Positions 21,591 through 31,334 of a stretch of 64,000 nt of DNA are shown piece by piece; the first letter of the stretch is position 1; every line of letters begins with the position of its first letter. The notes beneath the pieces are model-generated. The model saw only the letters and a program-made list of their open reading frames with translations, was not told where the DNA came from and searched no databases. The DNA is from Candidatus Dormiibacterota bacterium (GTDB taxonomy: Bacteria; Chloroflexota; Dormibacteria; Aeolococcales; Bog-877): assembly GCA_049799515.1 (NCBI GenBank), contig JBARIA010000067.1:483-64482 (forward strand), in the 5' to 3' direction. A program made the position numbers and the translations under genes.

Positions 21591-22352
21591 CTAGGCTGTG
21601 GCGGCCTCGGCCGCCGGGTCACTGTCGTGCTGCATGGTCGCCATGCTCAGGTAGATCACCGTCAGCAAGGCGAATATGAAGGCCTGAATCACGTCCACGA
21701 AGACCCCCTCAAAGAGCTTCCAGACTCCGTTGAAGGCCCAGGAAAGATAGAGCGGCAGCAGCGCGATGATCTGGAGCATCAGGGCGGCGGCAAACATGTT
21801 GCCGAAGAGCCGCAGGGTCAGCGAGATGGGGTAGGAGATCTGAGAGATCACGTTGATTGGTGCCAGGAGCACGTAGAACACCTTGGGCATCCCAGCGGGG
21901 TGCAGGTAGTTGGTCTTGATATACCCGCCGAACCCCCGCTGCCGGATCGAGGTGTAGTGGACCATGAAAATGACGATTACGGCCAGCGCGGCAGTGTCGT
22001 TGACGTCGGCGGTGGCCGAGGTCAGCCGGTCTCCGGTAGGGATGAGCTCCAGCCAGTTGCTGACGAGGATGTAAAAAAAGAGGACGGTGCAGAGCGGCAC
22101 CGCCCACTTGGCGAATGGTCCGATCATCCGGGCCACATAGTCGTCCACCGTTTCCCAGACCATCTCGATCAGCGCCTGGAAGCGGCCGGGTACCCCCGAG
22201 GTGACCACGTGGCGGAGGTACAGTCCGGCCCCGAGCACGATCGCGAAGGCGACCAGACTGCTGACCAGGGTGTCCAGATAGAGCGCCATCCCGAAGATGT
22301 GGGCGGTCCAATGGTTTCCCACCTCGATCTGCGCTAGGACCATCGGCCTCAT
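21591..22352 (-). CDS. atpB: Fo ATP synthase subunit a
   Basis: Contains [12 protein letters not shown] with the essential Arg. Start set at ATG 22352, forming an ATGA overlap with the upstream stop, rather than the ORF start 22433. Confidence 0.93.
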   Translation of the reverse strand: MRPMVLAQIEVGNHWTAHIFGMALYLDTLVSSLVAFAIVLGAGLYLRHVVTSGVPGRFQALIEMVWETVDDYVARMIGPFAKWAVPLCTVLFFYILVSNWLELIPTGDRLTSATADVNDTAALAVIVIFMVHYTSIRQRGFGGYIKTNYLHPAGMPKVFYVLLAPINVISQISYPISLTLRLFGNMFAAALMLQIIALLPLYLSWAFNGVWKLFEGVFVDVIQAFIFALLTVIYLSMATMQHDSDPAAEAATA

Positions 22353-22714
22353 TTGGCGGCGGCCTTGATCCCGAACCTGACCATCGCCCCGACCTGAGCT
22401 AGGTGGGTAGCCAACAGCCCGAGCAGACCCCAAACCCCGATCGGGCCCAAGAACTCAACCAACAGCACCAGGGCCACCGTGATTAGCGCCAGCCGGGGCA
22501 GGCTGGAGCCCAGGAAGGCGATCGGGGCCCGGCCCAGGGCAAAGGCGGCGAATCGCAGGTTGGCGACCCCAATGACGCCTCCGGCTAGAGCCAGGCCAGC
22601 GCCCTCGACCCCGGCGACCACAAAGGCGACGGCCACCGCCACGATCGCGGCACCAATGGCAGCAATCCAGGCGGAGCGCACCGCGCCGGCCAGCTCGTCA
22701 GCCTCTAGCAGCAT
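22349..22714 (-). CDS. atpI: ATP synthase protein I-like membrane protein
   Basis: 121 aa with 4 hydrophobic segments. Lies immediately upstream of atpB. Confidence 0.6.
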   Translation of the reverse strand: MLLEADELAGAVRSAWIAAIGAAIVAVAVAFVVAGVEGAGLALAGGVIGVANLRFAAFALGRAPIAFLGSSLPRLALITVALVLLVEFLGPIGVWGLLGLLATHLAQVGAMVRFGIKAAAK

Positions 22715-22718
22715 CGCC

Positions 22719-22949
22719 CTAACGCCCCCTGAAAGGCGCGAGCCCGCGATACACCGCCAAACTTCCTCCCACCAATCCCAGCGCCAGACCGACCAGAGTC
22801 AGGAGGGGGAGCGTGCGAAAGTGCTCGTCCAACAGAACCCCGGCCACGACCCCACTTCCGACCGTGATCGAGAAGACTCCTACCAACGCGAGAGCGTCAC
22901 CGGGACCCGGCACTCTCCTGGGCCGCCGCGGATCGCCCTCCGAGGACAA
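22719..22949 (-). CDS. AtpZ/AtpI-family small membrane protein (putative F0F1-ATPase accessory subunit)
   Basis: 76 aa with two TM segments (VGVFSITVGSGVVAGVLLD; LLTLVGLALGLVGG). First gene of the atp cluster. Confidence 0.55.
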   Translation of the reverse strand: MSSEGDPRRPRRVPGPGDALALVGVFSITVGSGVVAGVLLDEHFRTLPLLTLVGLALGLVGGSLAVYRGLAPFRGR

Positions 22950-23066
22950 TTCGGCCGGATCTTATCACGGCCACCTAGGGGCCCAGGGGAGGCCGGCCCC
23001 AAGAGACGATTGCGCCTCGACCCACCGCTGCCCAGGCCGTTACGCACCGGTTCGTAAACTGCCCCG

Positions 23067-24203
23067 GTGGAGATCGGAATCGACGCCAGCCGGGCCTTCC
23101 AGGAGCAGCCCACCGGCATCGGTGTCTACGCCACCCAAGTCATCTCCCGCCTAGTCGACACCCCGCCCGCTCCCCTCCGCCTCTACCTCAACCGGCGAAG
23201 CCCGCCCCAGACGGCACTCCAGCTGCCGGCCGGGTCGGAGTGGCGCTGCCTCCCATTCCCCCGCGGCTGGACAGCTGTTCGACTCCGTTGGGAGCTCCGA
23301 CATGAGGCTCCAACCCTCCTCTGGGTGCCCGCCTATCGGCTGCCGCCGGGGCGGCTGCCGCGCTCGGTAGTGACGGTCCACGGCGTCGAGCACCGCTTTG
23401 CCCCCCTCGCCTATCCGGGACAACAGGCGAGGGCGGTCGAATCGTTTGTGCTGGACACGCTGCGCCGGGCCTCGCGGGTGATCACCCCATCCGAGACCAC
23501 CAAGGCCGACCTGGTCCATCTCTACCAGGCCAATCCCAATCTCATCACGGTCATTCCTCACGGGATCGCCGACGAGCTGAGGCCGATCGCCCCGGAACGC
23601 CGGGAGTCCCTCCTCCGAGATCTGGCCGTTCAGCTCCCGTACTTCCTGGTGGTGGGAGCCCACCATCCTCGCAAGAACGTGCCGTTCCTGATCGAGCAGT
23701 TTGCCCGTGCCTTCCCGAACCCCCAGTTCCCGGAGGTGCGGCTGGTGGTCACGAATGCTGCTGGCGAGCCCGGTCGGGAGCTACTTGCTCGAGCCGACCA
23801 ACTGGGTCTGGGCGGCCGGGTCTGCGCTCTTGGCCATGTCTCCGGGGAGCGGCTGGCCGCCCTCTACAGCGGAGCGCTCGCCGCCTGCGTGCCGTCGCTC
23901 TACGAAGGCTTCGGGCTGCCCGCCCTGGAGGCAATGGCCTGTGGTGCTCCGGTGCTGGCCACCGACGTGGGCGGGGTTCAGGAGATCGCCGAGGGAGCGG
24001 CCCTGCTGGTCCCGGACGGCGACCAGAACGGCTGGGTGGAAGGACTGCGCCGGCTCCTGAATGAGCCTGGACTGCGCGAACACCTCCGAGCTCTGGGCCT
24101 CGACCGGGCTGGCCGTTTCAGCTGGGACCGCTCCGCGCAGGCCCATGCGGAGCTACTGGCGAGCGAACTCCGACTGGCCTCCGATCCTCGGTCGCCGTCG
24201 TAG
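23067..24203 (+). CDS. GT-B glycosyltransferase (family 4 / Glycos_transf_1)
   Basis: 378 aa. E-x7-E region EGFGLPALEAMACGAPVLATDVGG. GTG start. Confidence 0.85.
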   Translation: MEIGIDASRAFQEQPTGIGVYATQVISRLVDTPPAPLRLYLNRRSPPQTALQLPAGSEWRCLPFPRGWTAVRLRWELRHEAPTLLWVPAYRLPPGRLPRSVVTVHGVEHRFAPLAYPGQQARAVESFVLDTLRRASRVITPSETTKADLVHLYQANPNLITVIPHGIADELRPIAPERRESLLRDLAVQLPYFLVVGAHHPRKNVPFLIEQFARAFPNPQFPEVRLVVTNAAGEPGRELLARADQLGLGGRVCALGHVSGERLAALYSGALAACVPSLYEGFGLPALEAMACGAPVLATDVGGVQEIAEGAALLVPDGDQNGWVEGLRRLLNEPGLREHLRALGLDRAGRFSWDRSAQAHAELLASELRLASDPRSPS

Positions 24204-25245
24204 GCCAGGTCTGGGCCTCGCCGCTGGCCGAGAGGCTCACCTGAGCGCCGGGTTCCAAATTGGTCACCCCCTGAATCCTCGCCCTGATCACGCCCCTCAG
24301 CAGGGACGCCTCGCTGGCCACCTCGACCAAACTGTCGTGGCCGTAGAACTCCGAACGCAGGACCCGGCCCAAGGCACCCTCGGAGGATGCCGACGAGATC
24401 AGAATCTGCTCGGGACGCACCAGGACCACGGCGGGCCCAGCTACTGGTCCGTCGGCGCTTCCGGAGCGGCGGACCGAGAGGACCCCTAGCAGGGTCCGCA
24501 CCAGCTGACCCTCCACGGTCCCACCCACCAGGTTGGCGTCGCCAAGGAAGCTGGCCATCTCCAGGTCGACCGGATCGGTGTAGAGCTGCCGCGGCGTGCC
24601 GAACTGGGCCACCCGACCCTGGCGCAGCACCGCGACCTGATCCGCCACCGAGAGTGCCTCCTCCTGGTCGTGGGTGACCAGCAGGGTGGTGATTCCGGTC
24701 TCGGAGAGGATCCCCCGCACCTCCTCGCGGACGCTGGCGCGAAGGCTGGGGTCCAGCGCCGCGAAGGGCTCGTCCAGCAGGAGGAGCTGGGGATCGATGG
24801 CCAGGGCCCGGGCCAGCGCCACCCGCTGCTGCTGGCCGCCCGATAGCTCGTGGGGATAGCGGCCCCCCAGCCCCGCCAGACCAACCATCTCCAGGAGCCC
24901 GGGGACCCGGGCGCCGCGCCGCACCGGGCGGGAGAGGCCGAAGCTGATGTTCTGGTTCACGGTCAGATGGGGAAAGAGCGAAGCCTCCTGGGGCACGTAG
25001 CCGACCCGGCGGCCCTCCGGTCTAACGAAATGCCGTCCGTCGTCGACCACCTCGCCGGCCAGGCTGATCCGCCCCCGGTCGGCCCGCTCCAACCCGGCGA
25101 TCACTCGCAAGAGGGTGGTCTTGCCACTCCCGGACGGCCCCAGGATGGCAGTCAGCGACCCCCGGTCCACCTCCAGGGCAAGACCTCGCAGTACCGCCGT
25201 CTCGCGGAAGGCCTTGTGGAGGTCGACGATGCTGATCGCCGTCAC
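24118..25245 (-). CDS. Fe(3+)/polyamine-type ABC importer ATP-binding protein (FbpC/PotA-like, C-terminal TOBE-like domain)
   Basis: GPSGSGKTTLLRVIAG, LSGGQQQRVALARAL, LLLLDEP. Start set at GTG 25245, forming a GTGA overlap with the permease stop. The rest of the 626-aa track ORF is an out-of-frame run through the permease gene. Confidence 0.9.
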   Translation of the reverse strand: MTAISIVDLHKAFRETAVLRGLALEVDRGSLTAILGPSGSGKTTLLRVIAGLERADRGRISLAGEVVDDGRHFVRPEGRRVGYVPQEASLFPHLTVNQNISFGLSRPVRRGARVPGLLEMVGLAGLGGRYPHELSGGQQQRVALARALAIDPQLLLLDEPFAALDPSLRASVREEVRGILSETGITTLLVTHDQEEALSVADQVAVLRQGRVAQFGTPRQLYTDPVDLEMASFLGDANLVGGTVEGQLVRTLLGVLSVRRSGSADGPVAGPAVVLVRPEQILISSASSEGALGRVLRSEFYGHDSLVEVASEASLLRGVIRARIQGVTNLEPGAQVSLSASGEAQTWPTTATEDRRPVGVRSPVAPHGPARSGPS

Positions 25246-26828
25246 GGCAGCTCCACCGATGGTGACGGCCGGCGGTCGAACCAGCGCCCGAGCAGGATTC
25301 CAGGGACGATCGAGATGGCGACCATCGCGGCAGCGTACGGGGCGGCCGCCCCGTAGGACACGTTGCCGGTGAAGGCCCAGAACTGGGTGGCCAGGGTTTG
25401 GACGCCGGTGGGGACCAGGATCAAGGTCGCGGTCAGCTCGGTAACCGCGGAGAGGAAGACCAGGCAGAAGGCGGCCGCCAGCCCCGGAGCGACCAGGGGC
25501 AGGGTGATCCGCCACTGCACTGCCAGCGGGCGTCGCCCCAACGACCGGGCCACCTCCTCCAGGGCTACCGGAGCCTGCATCACCGAGGCACGCACCGCCA
25601 CATAGGCGAGAGGGAAGAAAAGGATCGCGTAGGCGCCGATCAGAAGGCCGCTGGTTTGGTAGACGAAGGGCAGGTAATGAAGTGAAAAGAAGACCAGCGC
25701 CAAGGCGATGACCAGCCCGGGCAGTCCCTGGACGATGTAGGTGCTGCGCTCCAGGAGCCGCACCGCCAGGATCGGCGAGCGGACCGCCAGCAGGGCGACC
25801 GGCAGCGCCAGGACGGTCGAGATGGCGGCGGCCGCGGCGCTGTAGAGGACGGTGTGCCCGGCGGCGTTGGCCACCGAGGCTGACTGCGGCAGGGTCGAAC
25901 TGCCCCCGCGCACCAGCCAATACGCGATCACCCCGATCGGCATCCCCAGGGCCAGCGCGATCAAGCAGGTCATCGCCACCACCACCGGCCAGCGCCAATG
26001 CCCCAGCCGGTGTCGGGGCACCAGCCGGCGGGAGTTGTGGGCTGACCGGGCCAGCCGGCCTCGATCACGGAGTGCCCCCTCCCCCGCCAGGACCACCAGC
26101 CCGATCAGCACCACCACCAGGGACAGTGCGCAGGCGGCGGGGGCGTTGAAGGCCACCTGGAACTCGGCGAAGATCTCGGTGGTGAAGGTCTGGTATCCGA
26201 GGATCTCGAAGGCGCCGTATTCAGCCAGCAACGCCAGGGACACCAAGAGGCAGCCGGCGAGAATGGTGGGCCGCGCCAGGCGCAACGTGACGTGCCAGAA
26301 GGCGCTCCACGGACCCATCCCCAATGTGCGCGCCGTCTCCTCCTGGCTGGGGTCGGCCCCGCGCAGGCTGGCCGCGACCGGGAGGTAGACCAGCGGGTAG
26401 AGCCCGGTGGTCATCACCAGGACCGCTCCGCCGTAGCCATTCACCGCAGGCAGTACCGAGACCCACCCAAAGGCCACCACGAAGTCGGGAATTGCCAGCG
26501 GCAGCACCAGCAACATTGCCAGCAGCCGGCGACCCGGGAGGTCGCTGCGTTCAACGCACCAGGCGGCGCCCGTCCCGATCACGGCAGCGAGAGCGGTAAC
26601 CACCACCGCCAGCTGGACCATGTTCCCGAGCAAGGTCGCTGTCAGCGGACGGAACAGCAGCGCCGAGAGTTCCGGCCAACCGGCCTGGCGAGCCTCCAGC
26701 AGCAGAAACGCCAAGGGCAGCAGAAGCAGGACCGCCACCAGACAGCTGGCCACCAGCACAGCCCGCGGAATCCTTCGCCGGGCGCGCACCAAATCCGGCG
26801 AGCTCAGGTCCGAGGCAAGCGTCGCCAT
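25242..26828 (-). CDS. iron(III) ABC transporter permease, duplicated (two-module FbpB-like)
   Basis: 528 aa with ~12 TM segments in two homologous halves, each carrying an EAA-like loop (EETARTLG..., EEVARSLG...). Confidence 0.88.
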   Translation of the reverse strand: MATLASDLSSPDLVRARRRIPRAVLVASCLVAVLLLLPLAFLLLEARQAGWPELSALLFRPLTATLLGNMVQLAVVVTALAAVIGTGAAWCVERSDLPGRRLLAMLLVLPLAIPDFVVAFGWVSVLPAVNGYGGAVLVMTTGLYPLVYLPVAASLRGADPSQEETARTLGMGPWSAFWHVTLRLARPTILAGCLLVSLALLAEYGAFEILGYQTFTTEIFAEFQVAFNAPAACALSLVVVLIGLVVLAGEGALRDRGRLARSAHNSRRLVPRHRLGHWRWPVVVAMTCLIALALGMPIGVIAYWLVRGGSSTLPQSASVANAAGHTVLYSAAAAAISTVLALPVALLAVRSPILAVRLLERSTYIVQGLPGLVIALALVFFSLHYLPFVYQTSGLLIGAYAILFFPLAYVAVRASVMQAPVALEEVARSLGRRPLAVQWRITLPLVAPGLAAAFCLVFLSAVTELTATLILVPTGVQTLATQFWAFTGNVSYGAAAPYAAAMVAISIVPGILLGRWFDRRPSPSVELP

Positions 26829-26843
26829 CCGCCTACGCTTCCC

Positions 26844-27887
26844 TCACAACAACTGAGCTTGATGGAGCAAGGCAACCGCCTCCGCCCCATCTCCCAGCTC
26901 AGCGATCGTGAGATGAGTCGGCTGGAGGCTGGCAAACGGCCGCAGCGCACGGGCGGTCACCACTCCGGAACCGATTGGATACTCGAAGCTTTCGCTGTGG
27001 GCTAGGACCTCCTGGCCCTGCCGGCTTACCAAGAAGGCGAGGAACTCGTCGGCTGCCGCTTTGTGCTTGGAGGACTTGAGCACCGCCGCTCCGGACACGT
27101 CCAGAACGTACCCCGCGTTCTGAGGGGCAAAGTAGGCGATCGCCGAGTGCATCTGCGAAGCACCGACCTCCGCCCGGAGTCGGTACCAGTAGTAGTGGTT
27201 GATGATTCCGATCGCCACCTGACCCGAGTTGACCTCGGAGGTGATGGTCTCGTTATCTGGGTACTTGTGCTGCCCGGCGTTGGCTGCGACTCCCTTCAGC
27301 CAGCTGAGAGCGGCAGCCTTGCCGTAGGTCCTGGCGATCGACGTGATGATTGGCTGAAAGTCGGTCTCGCCCGGGGCGATGGCCAGGAGCCCCTTCCAAC
27401 GGGGGTCGGCCAGGCTCATCACCGAGGTGGGCAGCTGGCTCGGTTTGAGCAAATTGGTGTTGTAGACCAGGACACTCACCCGAGCGGAAACCCCGACCCA
27501 GTCGGAGGCCGGAGAGTTGTATTTGGATGGGACGTGGGAGAGCGTCGTCTGGGGCACCTTCGCCAGCAGACCCTTGTCCTGCAGGTACTCCAGCGCCGGG
27601 GAATTCTCGGTGTAGACGAGGTCGGCGGGCGAGTCCTTGCCCTCCTCCACAATCTGGTCGGCTAGCACATCCTCGTCGTTGGAGCGCACCTCCACCGCGA
27701 TCCCGGTCTTCCGCTCGAAGGCCGAGACCAAGGAGTCGGTGGTCTGTGGGTGCTGCCCGTTGTAGAGAATGAGGGTGGTCCGGCCGGGGCTGGCTGGGGA
27801 TCCACAGGCAGAGAGGCTCGCCATCATGGTGGCGGCCATGGCTCCGCCGGCCAGCCACCTCAAGGTCGCGCCGCTCGGTCTGGCCAT
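26844..27887 (-). CDS. iron(III) ABC transporter substrate-binding lipoprotein (FbpA/AfuA-like)
   Basis: Lipobox MASLSAC/G. Periplasmic-binding fold motifs (LILYNGQH..., YTENSPALEYL). ATG 27887 is preferred over TTG 27890, with SD GGAGG upstream. Confidence 0.85.
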   Translation of the reverse strand: MARPSGATLRWLAGGAMAATMMASLSACGSPASPGRTTLILYNGQHPQTTDSLVSAFERKTGIAVEVRSNDEDVLADQIVEEGKDSPADLVYTENSPALEYLQDKGLLAKVPQTTLSHVPSKYNSPASDWVGVSARVSVLVYNTNLLKPSQLPTSVMSLADPRWKGLLAIAPGETDFQPIITSIARTYGKAAALSWLKGVAANAGQHKYPDNETITSEVNSGQVAIGIINHYYWYRLRAEVGASQMHSAIAYFAPQNAGYVLDVSGAAVLKSSKHKAAADEFLAFLVSRQGQEVLAHSESFEYPIGSGVVTARALRPFASLQPTHLTIAELGDGAEAVALLHQAQLL

Positions 27888-27907
27888 CAAGCCTCCGAAT
27901 GTGACGG

Positions 27908-27944
27908 CCCCTTGGCTCTCGGCGAGCCGCCGAGAGCCAAGGGG
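27908..27944 (-). promoter_or_regulatory. 17-bp perfect stem-loop in the leader of the Fe ABC operon
   Basis: CCCCTTGGCTCTCGGCG-AGC-CGCCGAGAGCCAAGGGG. It ends about 10 nt upstream of the SD of the binding-protein gene and has no U tract. Confidence 0.5.
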
Positions 27945-27975
27945 AGACCCGGGGGTGGACTGGCTGGCCAGCTCG

Positions 27976-27994
27976 TTAGGCTTGGCTAACCTAG
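27976..27994. promoter_or_regulatory. IdeR/DtxR-type iron box
   Basis: TTAGGCTTGGCTAACCTAG matches 16 of 19 positions of the recalled consensus TTAGGTTAGGCTAACCTAA. It lies ~90 nt upstream of the iron-transporter start. Confidence 0.65.
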
Positions 27995-28103
27995 CTCTTA
28001 GACGGAGCTTATCCGGGGCTGCCGGAAGGTGTCAATTCGGACTTGGGCGAGGCGGTCGATCTCCCACCCTGGCCGGAGTAGCTCCCAGCTGGAGCTGCGG
28101 CGG

Positions 28104-28922
28104 TCAGCGCAGGTAGAGCAGGCCCTCGCTGCCCAGGGATTCGATCCGGGCCAGGGCCACCTCAGTGCCCTTGGCGACGCAGTGGCTGGGATCGGCCACC
28201 AGCCTGGCTGGCATAGCGGTGGTCAGCTGCAGTCGCGCCCCGATTGGCCCGAGTTCGAAGCCCCGCCCGGCCACGGCGACCCCCGATTCCCGGGCCCGAT
28301 CCTGCAAAGAAGGGGGAAGCTCGTCCATCAGCTGGTTGACCAGGTTGGACAGTGCCAGCAGGCCGGCCTCGCCTTCCCAGGAGCCGGGAGGTGGTGGGAT
28401 GGATCGGTGGCCCAGCAGGCCCTCGTGGCAGACGATGGCCACCTGGGCGGCCTGAGGCAACAGGAAAACCAGCGGCAAAGGGGTCCAGGAGGCGATCGGC
28501 AGGCCCGCCCCGAGGGCCGCCGCCAGAGGCAGGTCCATCATGTGGGCCATCCGAGCCCCCGAGGCCATCGCCACCTGCAGCAGTGCCCGACGTGAATCCG
28601 TCGACAGCTCGGCCGACACCCCCAGCATCAGCTCATGCCGCGAGAAGAGCAGCCGCCCGACCACCCGGAGGATCACCTGGCGCAGGAACTGCTCGGCGGC
28701 CTCGGTGTCCGCCAACCGTTCCACCCCCAAGGGCCAACTCAGATCAACCTCGTCGGCCCGGTCGGCCGCCAGTTCCAGGGCGGCGACCCCGAACGCCAGG
28801 GCCCGGCCGCTTCCTTTCTGTCGGGCCAGCGCGGCCGGCTCCTCGATCACCAGGCCCTCGCCTCTCGCCCACACCGCCACCTGGTCCGGGGAGAGGTCGA
28901 TGCCGAATCGGCGCAGGGCCAC
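28104..28922 (-). CDS. degenerate MreB/actin-like protein (ATP-binding motifs lost, shortened)
   Basis: 272 aa. [28 protein letters not shown] aligns to MreB [40 protein letters not shown] aligns to [26 protein letters not shown] aligns to VAEDPLTCVARG. Confidence 0.6.
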   Translation of the reverse strand: [272 protein letters not shown]

Positions 28923-28928
28923 TCCTGT

Positions 28929-30230
28929 TCAGCCTCCCTCGCCGGCAGCCTTGAGCTGGAGACTGGCGCCAAGGCCAGAGAGCTTGCCCACCAGGTCCTC
29001 ATAGCCCCGATCGAGATGACGGACGTTGCTGAGCCGGCTGGTGCCCTCAGCGCAGAGGGCGCCGATCACCAGTGCCGCCCCGGAGCGGATGTCGGAGATG
29101 TTCAGCTCGGCTCCTCTAAGCGGCGCACCTCCCCGGACCATCGCGCTTCGACCCTTGAGGGTGATCTCTGCCCCTAACCGCCGCAACTGCTCGGCGTGCT
29201 GGAAGCGGTTGTCGAAGAGCGCCTCGGAAACCGTGCTGATCCCCTGGGCCTGGGTCATCATGGCGACGAACTGGGCCTGCAGATCAGTGGCGAACCCGGG
29301 GTGGGGCCAGGTGGTCATGTCCACCGCCCGCAGACCATTGGGGCAGGAGAGTTTCAGCCAGGTGCCGCCCTCCTCTATCTCGCAACCGGCCCGTCGCAGC
29401 TTGTGCAGGACCTGGTCCAAGTCATCGCAGTCGAGCTGGTCGATCAGGATCTCACCCCCGGTGGCTGCGGCGGCCATGGCGAAGGTGCCTGCCTCGATGT
29501 AGTCAGCCCGCACCCGATGATCGGTGGGGTGCAGTCGGGGCACTCCCTCGATCACGATCCGGTCGCCGCCGGCACCCGAGATCCGGGCGCCCATCGCCTT
29601 GAGACAGAGGGCAAGGTCGACCACATGGGGCTCTCGCGCCGCGTTGGAGATCACCGTGATCCCGTCGGCTCGAGCCGCCGCCATCATCAGGTTCTCGGTG
29701 CCGGTCACAGTCGGCATGTCCAGCTGGACGTGGGCGCCGTGGAGATGGCTGGCTTGAGCCCGGATCCCAAATTCGTCCTCCAGCACCTCGGCCCCCATCG
29801 CCCGCAGCCCCTCCAGATGCTGCTCGACCCGGCGCAGCCCGATGTCGTCTCCCCCGGGCAGCGGCAGCTCCGCCTCGCCGCGAGAGATCAGGAGGGGACC
29901 GAGCACCAGAAGTGAGGCCCTCATCCGGCGCGCCAGATCGTGGTCAGGCTCGGTCTGGGTTATCCCCTGGGCGTCGATCTCCACCTCGCCGTCGAACCGG
30001 TCCACCCGAGCCCCCAGACCCCGCAGCAGCCGGCACATGGTCTCCACGTCCTCGATGGCCGGGACATTGCTGAGCCGGAGCGGCCCATCAATCAGGATGG
30101 CCGCGGCCATCTGGGGGAGGGCCGCGTTCTTGCTGCCGCTGACGGTTACCGTGCCTCGGAGCGGGGTGCGACCGACGATCTCCAGTTCCGGAGAGGGCGC
30201 GGCGATGGAGCTCCCCTCGAAATCAGACAT
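28929..30230 (-). CDS. murA: UDP-N-acetylglucosamine 1-carboxyvinyltransferase
   Basis: EPSP-synthase fold motifs ([22 protein letters not shown]). Start at ATG 30230 (MSDFEG), overlapping the upstream stop by 8 nt. Confidence 0.93.
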   Translation of the reverse strand: MSDFEGSSIAAPSPELEIVGRTPLRGTVTVSGSKNAALPQMAAAILIDGPLRLSNVPAIEDVETMCRLLRGLGARVDRFDGEVEIDAQGITQTEPDHDLARRMRASLLVLGPLLISRGEAELPLPGGDDIGLRRVEQHLEGLRAMGAEVLEDEFGIRAQASHLHGAHVQLDMPTVTGTENLMMAAARADGITVISNAAREPHVVDLALCLKAMGARISGAGGDRIVIEGVPRLHPTDHRVRADYIEAGTFAMAAAATGGEILIDQLDCDDLDQVLHKLRRAGCEIEEGGTWLKLSCPNGLRAVDMTTWPHPGFATDLQAQFVAMMTQAQGISTVSEALFDNRFQHAEQLRRLGAEITLKGRSAMVRGGAPLRGAELNISDIRSGAALVIGALCAEGTSRLSNVRHLDRGYEDLVGKLSGLGASLQLKAAGEGG

Positions 30231-31320
30231 GGGGCCGGTCCAGGCGGGACGCATCGGTCTCTGAGTGTTTCTGGAAGGCGAATCCTCCTCTCCTCCAGAT
30301 TCGCCAGCCAAGTAGACCCAGCGCCAAGATCAGCAGCACCAGGGCCACCGCCAGGATCCGGCGGTGCCCGAAGACGGCCAACCCCAAACAGCCCAGGATG
30401 GCGGTTACCAGGTAGAAGGTGACCGCGGTCTCACGGGCGGTCAGCCCCAGTGCCAGGAGCCGGTGGTGCAGATGGCGCGCATCGGCGTGCGCGAAACCCA
30501 CCCCCTGGCGGCGACGCCGGAAGATGGCGAAAGCGGTGTCCCCGATCGGCAAAGCCAGCGCCAGCACCGGCACGAACAGGGCCAGCGCCACCGTCAGCTT
30601 GGCGACTCCCAAGATGGTGATGATCCCGACCAGCATCCCGAGCAGATGGCTGCCGGAATCGCCCATGAAGATCCTGGCGGGGGCGAAGTTGAACACCAGG
30701 AAGCCCAGGCAGCATCCGATCAGGGCCGACGAGAGCAGGATCACCCCCCCCTGGCTGGGCTCGACTCCCAGACGGTTCACCGCCGCCAGGTAGAGAACTC
30801 CCCCCACGATGGCGACCACCCCGGCCGCCAGGCCGTCGACCCCGTCCATCAGGTTGATCGAGTTCTGCATCCCCATCAGCCAGATCATGGTGATGGGAAT
30901 CGTTGCCCAGGCCAAGTGGATGGCTAGTCCGGGCAGGCTGACCGAGGTGATGCTGATCGCGAACAGCCAGGCCACCGCCAGCGAGCAGAGCGCCTGGATC
31001 ACCAGCTTGGTCCAGTAGGCCAGGCCCAGGATGTCGTCTGCCGCCAGGAGCCCGGCGACCACCACCGCGATGACCACGATCTGGAGCCAGTGCTCGACCC
31101 CGCGGCCGCAGATCGCCATCGCCACCACGAATCCGGCCATGATCGCGAGGCCCCCCAGCCGGCCGGTCGGTCGTTCGTGGATGTGGCGCCCCCCAGGCTT
31201 GGCCACCGCTCCCACCTTGAAACTGATCCAGCGCGCCAGGGGCACACTGGCCATGGTCACCACCACCGCTACCACCAGGATCGGCAGAGCGCTCAGGTAG
31301 TGGTTGTTGATGGTGGGCAC
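30223..31320 (-). CDS. wecA: MraY/WecA-family polyprenol-phosphate GlcNAc-1-phosphate transferase
   Basis: 365 aa with ~10 TM segments. NSINLMDGVDGLA and FMGDSGSHLLG motifs. Confidence 0.85.
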   Translation of the reverse strand: MPTINNHYLSALPILVVAVVVTMASVPLARWISFKVGAVAKPGGRHIHERPTGRLGGLAIMAGFVVAMAICGRGVEHWLQIVVIAVVVAGLLAADDILGLAYWTKLVIQALCSLAVAWLFAISITSVSLPGLAIHLAWATIPITMIWLMGMQNSINLMDGVDGLAAGVVAIVGGVLYLAAVNRLGVEPSQGGVILLSSALIGCCLGFLVFNFAPARIFMGDSGSHLLGMLVGIITILGVAKLTVALALFVPVLALALPIGDTAFAIFRRRRQGVGFAHADARHLHHRLLALGLTARETAVTFYLVTAILGCLGLAVFGHRRILAVALVLLILALGLLGWRIWRRGGFAFQKHSETDASRLDRPHV

Positions 31321-31334
31321 GATCAGCGCCCTGG

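Noticed and set aside
25246-25998. N-terminal 250 codons of the 626-aa track ORF 24118-25998
   Set aside because: This part overlaps the iron permease gene in another frame and has no protein-like sequence. The ABC ATPase begins at GTG 25245, which is coupled to the permease stop.
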